From an uncultured Ruminococcus sp. (GTDB taxonomy: Bacteria > Bacillota > Clostridia > Oscillospirales > CAG-272), in contig CAZULC010000001.1 in NCBI GenBank assembly GCA_964621165.1, positions 109,648 to 173,647 on the forward strand: a DNA stretch of 64,000 bases, written 5' to 3'. The position numbers and the translations under genes are program-made. Under the pieces are notes generated by a model. That model was not told where the DNA came from. It did no database searches and was given only the letters and a program-made list of their open reading frames with translations. This document shows positions 26,875 to 35,562 of the stretch, piece after piece (position 1 is the stretch's first letter; each line of letters opens with the position of its first letter).

Positions 26875-26947
26875 CCCAAGCAAAGCCGTCATAAAAATCT
26901 CCCCTGCCATTGATTGGATGATTTCACGAAATTTAACAATTTAACCC

Positions 26948-26976
26948 TTGAATTTCCCTCTGTTTCATCCTATAAT
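26948..26976 (+). promoter_or_regulatory. Sigma-A type promoter; implies a ~200-nt leader for the 27186 gene
   Basis: TTGAAT, 17 nt spacer, TATAAT. Confidence 0.45.
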
Positions 26977-27185
26977 GAGTTCGTACATATATCCAGTGTA
27001 TCATATCAAAAGCCCCCGCTGTAGTTCCCGGAACGTATGCCCGTATGTTTAAAATCAGCAGGCAGCCCTCGTCAAACCGTACAAATGAACCGCATTTTAT
27101 GTCAAGTTCCGCGGTGATTTTGTGTAGTACGACCAGCCGGAACCGCAGGCAAAGCCATCAAAATCTTATCAAGAAAGGTAAAGCC

Positions 27186-27977
27186 ATGAAGAAACTCTTA
27201 TCCCTCATCCTCGCTTCCCTGATCCTCTCCATGTCCGCCGCAATGGTGTACGCAGACGACGCAGAAGAAGCCGCAGCCGAAGCAGAAGCCGTAACAACTG
27301 AAGAAGCCGCAGCCGAAGCAGAAATCATGCTCATCTCCGAAGAAACCGAAGAAGAAGCACCGGCAGAAGAAGCTGAAGAAACAGCAGAACCCGAAGAGCT
27401 GAAAATCCTCTCAGAAGGGGACGAAGGCTACCTCGCCGCTAAAATAGAAGGTCAGGTCACCGTTTCAATCGTAACAGTCGGCAATGACCAGAATATCGAC
27501 GCACGCCGCCTCCTCGACCATAACGAAAACACCGGTATCTCCTATACCAGCTCCCCTGACTCAAACCCGATTCTTAACCTCGCATTCGAACTCGACGAAC
27601 CCACAGTCGTAACGTCATTCGCATTCTCCTGCTCAGTTGATACAGCAGGCGCGGTTGCAGCTTTCCTCTACGCCACAAATGACCCCGACACGACAGAGTG
27701 GACATATATCTCGACAGAGACGACCGAAGCCGGAGACGGATTCTATACATGTAACTCCGTGGAGAAGTTCGTGAGAAAGTTTAAGTATTATAGGATCATG
27801 CTCGTGTTCACTCCAATCAACGAGGAGACAAATGAACCCGATATCACCGCTCCCGCAGAATTCTACCTCAATGAAGTGGAACTGTTCAAGGAAGCTCCCA
27901 TAGAAAAACCCGAAATAAAGAATAATATCCCCAGCTTCCCAATCTTCAATAGTACATTGACTAAAACAATAGGTTAA
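27186..27977 (+). CDS. Secreted protein with an acidic Ala/Glu-rich linker and one discoidin-like domain (paralog 2)
   Basis: Start at MKKLLSLILASLILSMSAAMVYADD behind GAAAGG. Carries LDHNENTGI..YATNDPDTTEW..EKFVRKFKYYRI..LNEVELF. Confidence 0.6.
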   Translation: MKKLLSLILASLILSMSAAMVYADDAEEAAAEAEAVTTEEAAAEAEIMLISEETEEEAPAEEAEETAEPEELKILSEGDEGYLAAKIEGQVTVSIVTVGNDQNIDARRLLDHNENTGISYTSSPDSNPILNLAFELDEPTVVTSFAFSCSVDTAGAVAAFLYATNDPDTTEWTYISTETTEAGDGFYTCNSVEKFVRKFKYYRIMLVFTPINEETNEPDITAPAEFYLNEVELFKEAPIEKPEIKNNIPSFPIFNSTLTKTIG

Positions 27978-28046
27978 GTGGGCGGGGAAGCCAAAACTCA
28001 AACAATCCCCACAACCATAAACGTAACCGATTCCCCACCCCAAAAC

Positions 28047-28155
28047 TTCACGTTGTTGCAAAAAGTTTAGGTCCGGTTTTTTCAAAGGCTTAAGGAGCTC
28101 CTCTTTTGGTTCTTTGCTCCTCGATAAAGGAGAAAAAAACAACTAATCCAGCACT
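28047..28155 (+). repeat. F1 repeat, copy 6 (internal deletion of the two central hairpins)
   Basis: CACGTTGTTGCAAAAAGTTTAGGTCCGG..CAAAGGCTTAAGGAGCTCCTCTTTTGGTTCTTTGCTCCTCGATAAAGGAGAAAAAAACAAC. Confidence 0.85.
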
Positions 28156-28361
28156 CTCATAATTAAAAATAGATTCACTAAAACATAAAAGAGGAACGAA
28201 CACCCCGCACTATCAAAATTAACCCAGACTCACAATAATCTACCCCCTCATAATTCCCTCCCAATAAAAAAGAAAAAGCAGCCCGCTCAAATCCAAGCTA
28301 AGCCACTCTTTCTTTAAAAGGAGGGAATGTTTTTTTCTAATAAACCTCAGCTGAGTCAAAA

Positions 28362-30011
28362 TCACTCAACGTCAACATAATCCAATCCGCTGATCAAATA
28401 AAGTACAGCCGCTAAATCATACTTGCTTAAGTTGCGGTTGGCATTGTACGTCTTCTCAGTTACCATGTTGATGGCTATGGCAACTTCCTTCGCATTGGCA
28501 TTCGACTTCACATCGGTAAAGGATATGTCGTTCTTGTTCTCAAGATATTCCAAATAATCCTTCACCATGGTGCATAACCGCTGTACGTCACAGACTACAC
28601 TCGTATCTTCTTCTTTTCCGAGTAATCCCTTGTCAATAGCCCATGTCTCACGGTCGGTGTTGTTTGATAATGTGTCATTCACATCTGCCATCTCCGCTAA
28701 TGCACATGCGGCAGTCTTCACAGTAATCGCACGGTTGCCGTAGAAGTTGTACTGCGGCTTCAATGTAGCTGTGGCACTGCCTTTCAGTATGCCAGCTTCG
28801 GTTACATACTCGATAGCGTCAAGATATTTGCTTGTCGATGTAACGTCATCATATGGACAATTCCATACAAACTCAACTTCTATCGTTGTATCTGACGTGA
28901 GCTGCGTAAGTGTGTACGTCGTAACCTTATCTACGGATTTTCCGTTTATCTTGACGGATGAAATAACGTAATTGTCAGAATTCGGTATGAACTTGAATGT
29001 AATCGAATCAGTGTACTTCGCACTAATCTTGGACGGATCCACTGACTTGCCGTTCATAACAGCTGTAATGCTTCCGCCGCCTGTGGATGAAGCCTTTACC
29101 GTGTAATTCTTGAGATCACTTATCTTCGTAAAGTATGCACGTACAGTGACATTTCCCTTTACAGTAACCGTAATCTCGTTTTCAACCTTGACCTTCTCGC
29201 CGTTTACATAAATCTCGGTGAGCGCATATCCACTTTCCGCACGGAACGTGATCTTTCGAGTGTCTCCGTATGCAGCCTTGCTGGAACCGTTAATGTAGAA
29301 GGAACCGCCGCGGGATGTGATTACATTTACATCGAATAAGAAATTGTTTTTGTAATCATAATTGTAAACGCGCTTGGTGGTCACATGGCCCGCCGCACAC
29401 TTGTAGGAAGCATATAAAGCTCCGCAGTCGTAGAAGTAATACTGGAAGCATGCCTGTTTGTTACAGCTGTCGTAAGAACAAAGCACACTGCTCGTGTCGT
29501 ATGCCGGATAATCAGGAGACCACGGATAACTCGGATACTCAACACTGCTGCCGTCGGCTGTGAAGTATTCGCCGCACTTGCTGCAGTAGAAGGTGTAAAC
29601 GTACGTGCCTTTGTCCTTGTTGTACTCACGGCTAACATACTTCACGTTTTTCGTGGACTGACAGCCGGAACACTTGGCAACAAGCCCGCTGAAATAGTTG
29701 TCGTCACCGTCTTCACTGCCAAAGGAGTATATGATGCCCTTGTCTCCGCAGGCACTGTCAAGACACTCCCAGTTGATGTTTCCGTTCGATACATAGAAGT
29801 AGGCAACACCGTCGCAGGTGGGACAGGAGCCGTACCACCTGGTGTAAATGGTGCCGCTGCCTAAATTCCAACTGTACCAAGGGTAGGAACCATACTTGCC
29901 GCTGTAAAGATTGTTGATGTCGTTGGCAGAGAGAGTTCCGGACGCGCCAACAGAAATGGCCACGGAGAGAACCATCATCACCGCCAGAATGATAGAAAGC
30001 AGTTTTTTCAT
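28362..30011 (-). CDS. Secreted Cys-rich protein with two B-repeat-like beta domains and a C-terminal SLH-like segment
   Basis: Signal peptide MKKLLSIILAVMMVLSVAISVGASG. CPTCDG / CSGCQS / CSKCGE pairs. Two ~75-aa repeats (..GGSFYINGS.., ..GGGSITAVMNG..). C-terminal YDDVTSTSKYLDAIEYVTEAGILKG. Confidence 0.5.
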   Translation of the reverse strand: MKKLLSIILAVMMVLSVAISVGASGTLSANDINNLYSGKYGSYPWYSWNLGSGTIYTRWYGSCPTCDGVAYFYVSNGNINWECLDSACGDKGIIYSFGSEDGDDNYFSGLVAKCSGCQSTKNVKYVSREYNKDKGTYVYTFYCSKCGEYFTADGSSVEYPSYPWSPDYPAYDTSSVLCSYDSCNKQACFQYYFYDCGALYASYKCAAGHVTTKRVYNYDYKNNFLFDVNVITSRGGSFYINGSSKAAYGDTRKITFRAESGYALTEIYVNGEKVKVENEITVTVKGNVTVRAYFTKISDLKNYTVKASSTGGGSITAVMNGKSVDPSKISAKYTDSITFKFIPNSDNYVISSVKINGKSVDKVTTYTLTQLTSDTTIEVEFVWNCPYDDVTSTSKYLDAIEYVTEAGILKGSATATLKPQYNFYGNRAITVKTAACALAEMADVNDTLSNNTDRETWAIDKGLLGKEEDTSVVCDVQRLCTMVKDYLEYLENKNDISFTDVKSNANAKEVAIAINMVTEKTYNANRNLSKYDLAAVLYLISGLDYVDVE

Positions 30012-30239
30012 GATTTTTTCCTTTCATAAATTGTTTTCGTATACAGGTATAGTATATCATACTCGCCGCCTGTAATTGTTACCGTTTTATTAATTTTTCG
30101 GCGAAAGTGGGATTAATTTGAGAAAAACCCAACTTAACTCACCCACATTAACTTAGACGAAAAATAAATCCAAAAGTTCCATGATTTGCAAAAAATTTAA
30201 AGATTTTCAGGTAAAAATATGTAAAATCCAATAAACTTA

Positions 30240-30248
30240 TGATATAAT
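30240..30248 (+). promoter_or_regulatory. Extended -10 promoter element (TGaTATAAT) immediately upstream of F1 copy 7 / pyk
   Basis: TGATATAAT at 30240-30248, with a weak -35 TGTAAA at 30220-30225. Confidence 0.35.
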
Positions 30249-30251
30249 ATA

Positions 30252-30437
30252 AGTAGAAGATAACTCCACCCTTAAACAAAACGAAGTCAGCCCAAAAGTT
30301 TGTATGGGTCAAGGGGATAAAGTCCCTTGTCGACTTCCGCAGAAGTCGAAACAATCCAAGACTTCCAAAGAGTTCCTCTTTTGGTTCTATGCTCCTCGAT
30401 AAAGGAGAAAAGAACAACGAAATTCCCGCACTCCCCC
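30252..30437 (+). repeat. F1 repeat, copy 7 (full), in the pyk upstream region
   Basis: GTAGAAGATAACTCCACCCTTAAACAAAACGAAGTCAGCCCAAAAGTTTGTATGGG...GGAGAAAAGAACAACGAAATTCCCGCACTCCCCCC. Confidence 0.9.
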
Positions 30438-30539
30438 CATTTCACCAAAATTTTCTTTAACCAAATTTTCCCACTCCCATTTTCCAAAATTTCCCCATCC
30501 ATCCCCCAAAATAAAATAAAAACGAAAGGACATAATACC

Positions 30540-31991
30540 ATGCTGAAAACTAAAATCGTATGTACACTCGGACCGTCCTCGAATTCCGAGGATATGATCG
30601 AAAAAATGATCACCGCCGGAATGAACGTGGCTCGCCTTAACTTCTCCCACGGTACCCATGAGGAACATAAAAAAGTCATAGATAGAATCAAAAAAGTCCG
30701 CGATAAACTTCACTCACCCTGCGCCATAATGCTCGATACTAAAGGCCCAGAAATCCGCCTCGGTAAATTCAAGGATGACTCCGCTGAACTCGAAACCGGT
30801 GCTGACTTCATAATAATGTGCGGCGAAACTGACTTCAATTCCTTCATCGGCGATAAGTCCAAAGCCGCTGTGTCCTATAATAACCTCTGGAAACAGGTCG
30901 CTACAGGGACTAAAATTCTCTTCAATGACGGCGCTATCGAACTCTCCGTTAATATGGCTGATGAGGGCGAAATCCACTGTACCGTCATCTCCGGCGGCAC
31001 TATCAAAAGCGGTAAGGGCGTCAACGTCCCCGGCGTCCACCTCGATATGCCCCACCTCTCAGATAAGGATAAGTCCGACCTCATCTTCGGTATAGAAAAC
31101 GACGTTGACTTCATCGCGGCTTCCTTCATGCGCACCGGCGACGATATCATCGGTATGCGTAAATTCGTCGACTATAACGGCGGACATAATATCAAAATCA
31201 TCTCAAAAATCGAAAACCTCGAGGGTATCGAAAACTTCGACGAAATTCTGAAATACTCCGACGGTATCATGGTGGCAAGAGGAGATATGGGCGTGGAAGT
31301 CGACTTCGAACGCCTGCCCGGTCTTCAAAAAATGTTCATAAAAAAATGCTATCAGGCCGGTAAAATGGTCATCACCGCTACACAAATGCTCGAGTCCATG
31401 ATCCAAAATCCTACCCCAACCAGAGCCGAAATCTCTGACGTGGCTAACGCAGTGTTTGACGGCACCAGCGCTGTCATGCTCTCAGGCGAAACCGCTATAG
31501 GTAAATACCCCCTCAGAGCAGTCAAAGCTATGGCAAAAATAGCCGAACAGGCCGAGTTCGACGCATTCGCCGCAGGGGTCTATGAGTCCATGTCCTACGA
31601 TATCGACTATACCGACGTAACTAACGCCCTCTGCGACGCCGCATGTACCACAGCCGCCGATATGAACGCTAAGGCAATCATCACCCTCACCACGTCCGGT
31701 AGAAGCGCAAGACGTATGTCGAAATTCCGTCCTGCTCAGCCTATCGTAGCCGCAACTCCCGAGAGAAAAACATATCACCAGCTCGCTCTCTCGTGGGGTG
31801 TGTACCCCGTTCTCGCACTTAGACAGGACACGTTGGAAAAACTGTTCAGACACGCAGTCGACTGTGCAAAGGAGATAAACCTCGTAAGCGCAGGGGATTA
31901 TGTCGTGATCTCGGCAGGCGTGCCCGTCCTCACCCCCGGAAATACAAATATACTTAAGGTGCAAAAGGTCGAAGACCTCCGCTATGTTTAA
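30540..31991 (+). CDS. pyk: Pyruvate kinase
   Basis: MLKTKIVCTLGPSS..MNVARLNFSHG..MVARGDMGVE... Start at the ATG at 30540 behind GAAAGGA; the longer ORF-track start reads through the repeat. Confidence 0.9.
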   Translation: MLKTKIVCTLGPSSNSEDMIEKMITAGMNVARLNFSHGTHEEHKKVIDRIKKVRDKLHSPCAIMLDTKGPEIRLGKFKDDSAELETGADFIIMCGETDFNSFIGDKSKAAVSYNNLWKQVATGTKILFNDGAIELSVNMADEGEIHCTVISGGTIKSGKGVNVPGVHLDMPHLSDKDKSDLIFGIENDVDFIAASFMRTGDDIIGMRKFVDYNGGHNIKIISKIENLEGIENFDEILKYSDGIMVARGDMGVEVDFERLPGLQKMFIKKCYQAGKMVITATQMLESMIQNPTPTRAEISDVANAVFDGTSAVMLSGETAIGKYPLRAVKAMAKIAEQAEFDAFAAGVYESMSYDIDYTDVTNALCDAACTTAADMNAKAIITLTTSGRSARRMSKFRPAQPIVAATPERKTYHQLALSWGVYPVLALRQDTLEKLFRHAVDCAKEINLVSAGDYVVISAGVPVLTPGNTNILKVQKVEDLRYV

Positions 31992-31996
31992 TCCCG

Positions 31997-32185
31997 CAGA
32001 AGAATCGCTCCACCCTCATCACAAAACGAAGTCAGCCCAAAAGTTGTAGGGTTCAAAGAGACAACGTCCCTTGTCGAATTCCGCAGAATTCGAAACACCC
32101 CGATACTTCCAAGAAGTTCCTCTTTTGGTTCTTTGCTCCTCGATAAATGAGAAAAGAACAGCGAACAATCCGCACTCCCTCCCCT
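31997..32185 (+). repeat. F1 repeat, copy 8 (full), 6 nt after the pyk stop
   Basis: ..TCGAATTC-CGCA-GAATTCGA.. variant of the central hairpin. Shares the 3' tail CGCACTCCCTCCCC. Confidence 0.9.
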
Positions 32186-32248
32186 CTGTTAACTAAATAA
32201 AAAAAGAGCCTTGCCTAACCCGTAAAGCTCTTTCTCTTTACCCAAAAT

Positions 32249-32467
32249 TCAATGCCCGTCTTTGCCGTCCTTCTTCTTCTCCACCCGCTCGCTAACCTTC
32301 TCCAGCAAGAGCGTCAGCCCAATAATCACCCCAATCACCACAAGAATGCATACCATCCCCACACCCATGTACTTCAGATTCTTCACAAACATCTCCGGAT
32401 GAAAGGCAAAATTGTCAAAAAACGCCGTCAAGTATATCATAACCATATCCAAAATCACCATAACCAC
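32249..32467 (-). CDS. OadG-like small membrane subunit of a Na+-translocating decarboxylase
   Basis: 72 aa with a single TM (GVGMVCILVVIGVIIGLTLLL) and a basic tail. Lies 4 nt downstream of the beta-subunit gene. Confidence 0.45.
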   Translation of the reverse strand: MVMVILDMVMIYLTAFFDNFAFHPEMFVKNLKYMGVGMVCILVVIGVIIGLTLLLEKVSERVEKKKDGKDGH

Positions 32468-32470
32468 TCC

Positions 32471-33610
32471 TCACATAAAGAAACTCAATATCAAACCGCC
32501 CGCAATAACGCTGGCAATCTGCCCCGATACGTTAACACCAATGGACTGCATCAAAAGGAAGTTTTGCGGGTCTTCCTTTAAGCCCATCTTGTGGACAATC
32601 CGCCCCGACATCGGAAACGCCGAAATCCCCGCCGCACCAATCATCGGATTGATTTTCTTCTTTAAGAATAAATTCAGAAACTTCGCAAATAAAACGCCGC
32701 CCGCCGTGTCAAATATGAACGCCACAAGACCCAAAAGTAGAATCAAAATCGTGTCAAATGTCAAAAACTTCTCCGCGTTCATCTGGGAAGCTATTGTAAT
32801 CCCAAGGAATATCGTAATCAGGTTAGCGAGCACTTTCTGCGCCGTCTCCGAGAGCGAATTCAAAACCCCGCACTCCCGAATCAGGTTGCCGAACATCAAA
32901 AATCCAATGAGCGATACCGACGCCGGAGCAATAAGCCCCGCCACAACCGTAATAATAATCGGGAATAATACCTTCGTCATCTTCGAAACCTCGCGCCCAT
33001 TGTAGTCCATCCGAATCATCCGCTCCTTCTTCGTGGTCAGAAGCCGAATCACCGGCGGCTGAATAATTGGCACTAACGCCATGTAAGAGTACGCCGCCAC
33101 CATAATAGGCGCAAGATAGGACGAGTGCAGCTTGTTCGCCACAACGACAGAAGTAGGTCCGTCAGCCGCACCGATAATCGCAATTGAAGCCGCGTCGTTC
33201 TGGTCAAAGAATATGGAAGCCAAACATAAAGTGAAAAATATGCCAAACTGAGCCGCCGCACCGAATATCATCAGCTTAGGGTTCGAAAGCAGGGGACCAA
33301 AGTCAATCATAGCCCCAATGCCGATAAATAAAATGAGCGGAAATAACTCGTTGGCAATCCCCATGTCAAATAGCGTAGATAAAGCCCCGCTCTCAACCTC
33401 CCCGGCAGCGTTAACCTGATCAATAGCCCCCGAGTTCGGTAGATTGACAAGAATAGCGCCAAACCCAATGGGAAGGAGTAAAGTAGGCTCCATGTCCTTC
33501 TTTATGGCAAGGTAAATCAAAACCCCACCGATAATCCACATTATGACATACCGGAAGTCCATGTCAAGAAGGTTTTCGTAAAGAATTTCCAAATTCAAAC
33601 ATCCTTTCAA
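32471..33610 (-). CDS. Na+-translocating decarboxylase beta subunit (OadB/GcdB/MmdB family)
   Basis: 379 aa polytopic membrane protein. ..LIYLAIKKDMEPTLLLPIGFGAILVNLP.. is typical of the family. Confidence 0.8.
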   Translation of the reverse strand: MKGCLNLEILYENLLDMDFRYVIMWIIGGVLIYLAIKKDMEPTLLLPIGFGAILVNLPNSGAIDQVNAAGEVESGALSTLFDMGIANELFPLILFIGIGAMIDFGPLLSNPKLMIFGAAAQFGIFFTLCLASIFFDQNDAASIAIIGAADGPTSVVVANKLHSSYLAPIMVAAYSYMALVPIIQPPVIRLLTTKKERMIRMDYNGREVSKMTKVLFPIIITVVAGLIAPASVSLIGFLMFGNLIRECGVLNSLSETAQKVLANLITIFLGITIASQMNAEKFLTFDTILILLLGLVAFIFDTAGGVLFAKFLNLFLKKKINPMIGAAGISAFPMSGRIVHKMGLKEDPQNFLLMQSIGVNVSGQIASVIAGGLILSFFM

Positions 33611-33992
33611 ATAAAATGCCGCGCAATTTCATCCCCTATATTTTACTATACCAGCTTGGATTTGTCAACATTTTTCCCCGATTTTACATACAATTTAAAT
33701 GAAACCCACACCGCAAAAAAATAACCCCGTCCTCCCATAAAAAACTAACCCTCACCCCTGTCACGTCACATACCTGAGCCGTATAATCCCCCTCCTGAAC
33801 CCAGCCTTCTCCTCCTTCACCTAAACTGCCTCAACCTGTTCCTCCGAAAAAATCTTCCTTATTTATTATATAACCATAAAAGCCGGATGTCAATCCACCG
33901 TGCCTCATAAATCATTTGATGAAATTTGGGCTGCCGGTTGAATACCCGCTAAAAATATCCCGCCCCGCTTCACTAAAAATTCCACAATAATC

Positions 33993-34021
33993 TTGATTTT
34001 TCCCTATTAATGCTGTATAAT
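33993..34021 (+). promoter_or_regulatory. Sigma-A type promoter for rbsK-ruvX
   Basis: TTGATT, 17 nt spacer, TATAAT. Confidence 0.5.
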
Positions 34022-34084
34022 ATAAAATAGAATAAATATTGGCTCATGATGTGCCATATTACGTAAAGAAATGCGGTACTGTTT

Positions 34085-35089
34085 ATGAAATCCCAGCGAA
34101 TCCTTGTCGTATCCAGCGCAAACATAGACTTCGTCCAGAAAATGCGCCGTATGCCCTACTCCGGGGAAACGGTGTGCGAAAACGAACTCACCTACTCCTA
34201 TATCCCCGGCGGAAAAGGAGGTAACTCAGCCGTCGCCTTCGCACGTATGGGCGCTGACTGCGTGTTCCTCTGTAAACTCGGACGGGACTCAAACGCTAAA
34301 CGCCTGACTAATTTCTATCGGGATGAGGGCATCGATACCCGCTATATCAGAACCGACGAGGAACTCCATACTGGCCTCGCTTCAATTCTCGTGGAAGAAA
34401 ACGGGAAAAATAGAATAATAGTGTACCCCGGAGCTAACTCCACCCTCAATGACAACGATGTCGAGGAAGGCTTCACCTGCTACCCCGACGCCGTCTACCT
34501 CCAGCTGGAGATCCCCGACGACGCGGTAATCGAATCCTGCCGTAGAGCCAATGAGGACGGCATTCCGGTGTTCATAGACGGAGGCCCCGCAAGACTCGAC
34601 TTTCCGCTCCATAAACTCGGACACGTGGAAATCTTCTCGCCTAACGAAAGCGAAGCAAGGATCTTCACCGGAATCACCCCCTCGTCTGAAGAAAACTGCC
34701 TCAGAGCCGCCATAAAGCTCTCTACAATGGTCGACGCAAAGTATATCGTTCTTAAACTCGGCGAAAGAGGCGCTTTCATCTACGACGGACGCGAATATTA
34801 CGTCATCCCCGCCGAAAAAGTCGGAGCCGTCGATACCACAGCCGCCGGTGACGTCTTCACAGCAGTCATGACTTACGTCTACCTCAGTAACCATAATATA
34901 GTCTCGGCAGTAAAATACGCAACCTGCGCCGCCGCTATATCCGTGACAAAAGACGGAGCCGCTCCCTCAATCCCCACAAGAGCCGAGGTAATCAAATACG
35001 CACGTGCTAAAGTGGCCCAGTCCAACCGCGAACATAACGAGGATACCAAAACAAACGCAGAAGCCGTAACCGAAGAGGAAGACGAATAA
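34085..35089 (+). CDS. rbsK: Ribokinase (PfkB family) with an acidic C-terminal tail
   Basis: GGKGGNSAVAFARMG and DTTAAGDVFTA motifs. Confidence 0.75.
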   Translation: MKSQRILVVSSANIDFVQKMRRMPYSGETVCENELTYSYIPGGKGGNSAVAFARMGADCVFLCKLGRDSNAKRLTNFYRDEGIDTRYIRTDEELHTGLASILVEENGKNRIIVYPGANSTLNDNDVEEGFTCYPDAVYLQLEIPDDAVIESCRRANEDGIPVFIDGGPARLDFPLHKLGHVEIFSPNESEARIFTGITPSSEENCLRAAIKLSTMVDAKYIVLKLGERGAFIYDGREYYVIPAEKVGAVDTTAAGDVFTAVMTYVYLSNHNIVSAVKYATCAAAISVTKDGAAPSIPTRAEVIKYARAKVAQSNREHNEDTKTNAEAVTEEEDE

Positions 35090-35121
35090 TCCCCGTTTTC
35101 CCGCCGCTTGAAGGAGAAAAT

Positions 35122-35559
35122 ATGATAATCGTAGGTATAGACTACGGAGACGTAAGAACCGGCATCGCAGTGTGCGATAAATCCGAACTCATGGCCCATG
35201 AAGTGGGTACAATCAGAGCTAAATCCTATAAACAGGCCGTGGAATTGGTGGGCGAAAAAATAAAAGAACTCAAAGCCGAGCTGATAGTGGTGGGAAACCC
35301 CATGAATATGAGCGGAACTGAGGGTAAAAGAAGCGAAATCTGTAAAAACTTCGCACATGACCTCAGCGAGTATACCGGCGTCCCCAGCGACCTCTACGAC
35401 GAACGCCTGACCTCAGTCTACGCCAAAAAAATCCTGCTGGAAAATAATACACAAAAGAAAAAAAGAAATAATAAATCCGGACTGATAGACGCTATCTCCG
35501 CCACATTGATTTTAGAAGACTACCTGACCAAACGCAAAAACACCCCACCAACAGAATAA
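35122..35559 (+). CDS. ruvX: Holliday-junction resolvase-like nuclease RuvX/YqgF
   Basis: MIIVGIDYGDVRTGIAVCD.., 145 aa. Confidence 0.8.
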   Translation: MIIVGIDYGDVRTGIAVCDKSELMAHEVGTIRAKSYKQAVELVGEKIKELKAELIVVGNPMNMSGTEGKRSEICKNFAHDLSEYTGVPSDLYDERLTSVYAKKILLENNTQKKKRNNKSGLIDAISATLILEDYLTKRKNTPPTE

Positions 35560-35562
35560 CTT

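Noticed and set aside
19405-30417. Small ORFs MFFSPLSRS(K/I)EPKEEL.. (19405-19587, 27633-28142, 30148-30417), 19479-19763 and 17224-17496, as a conserved small-protein family
   Set aside because: They are translations of the antisense strand of F1 repeats. Their 'conservation' is nucleotide repeat identity. The frames are interrupted or shifted between copies and there are no RBSs.
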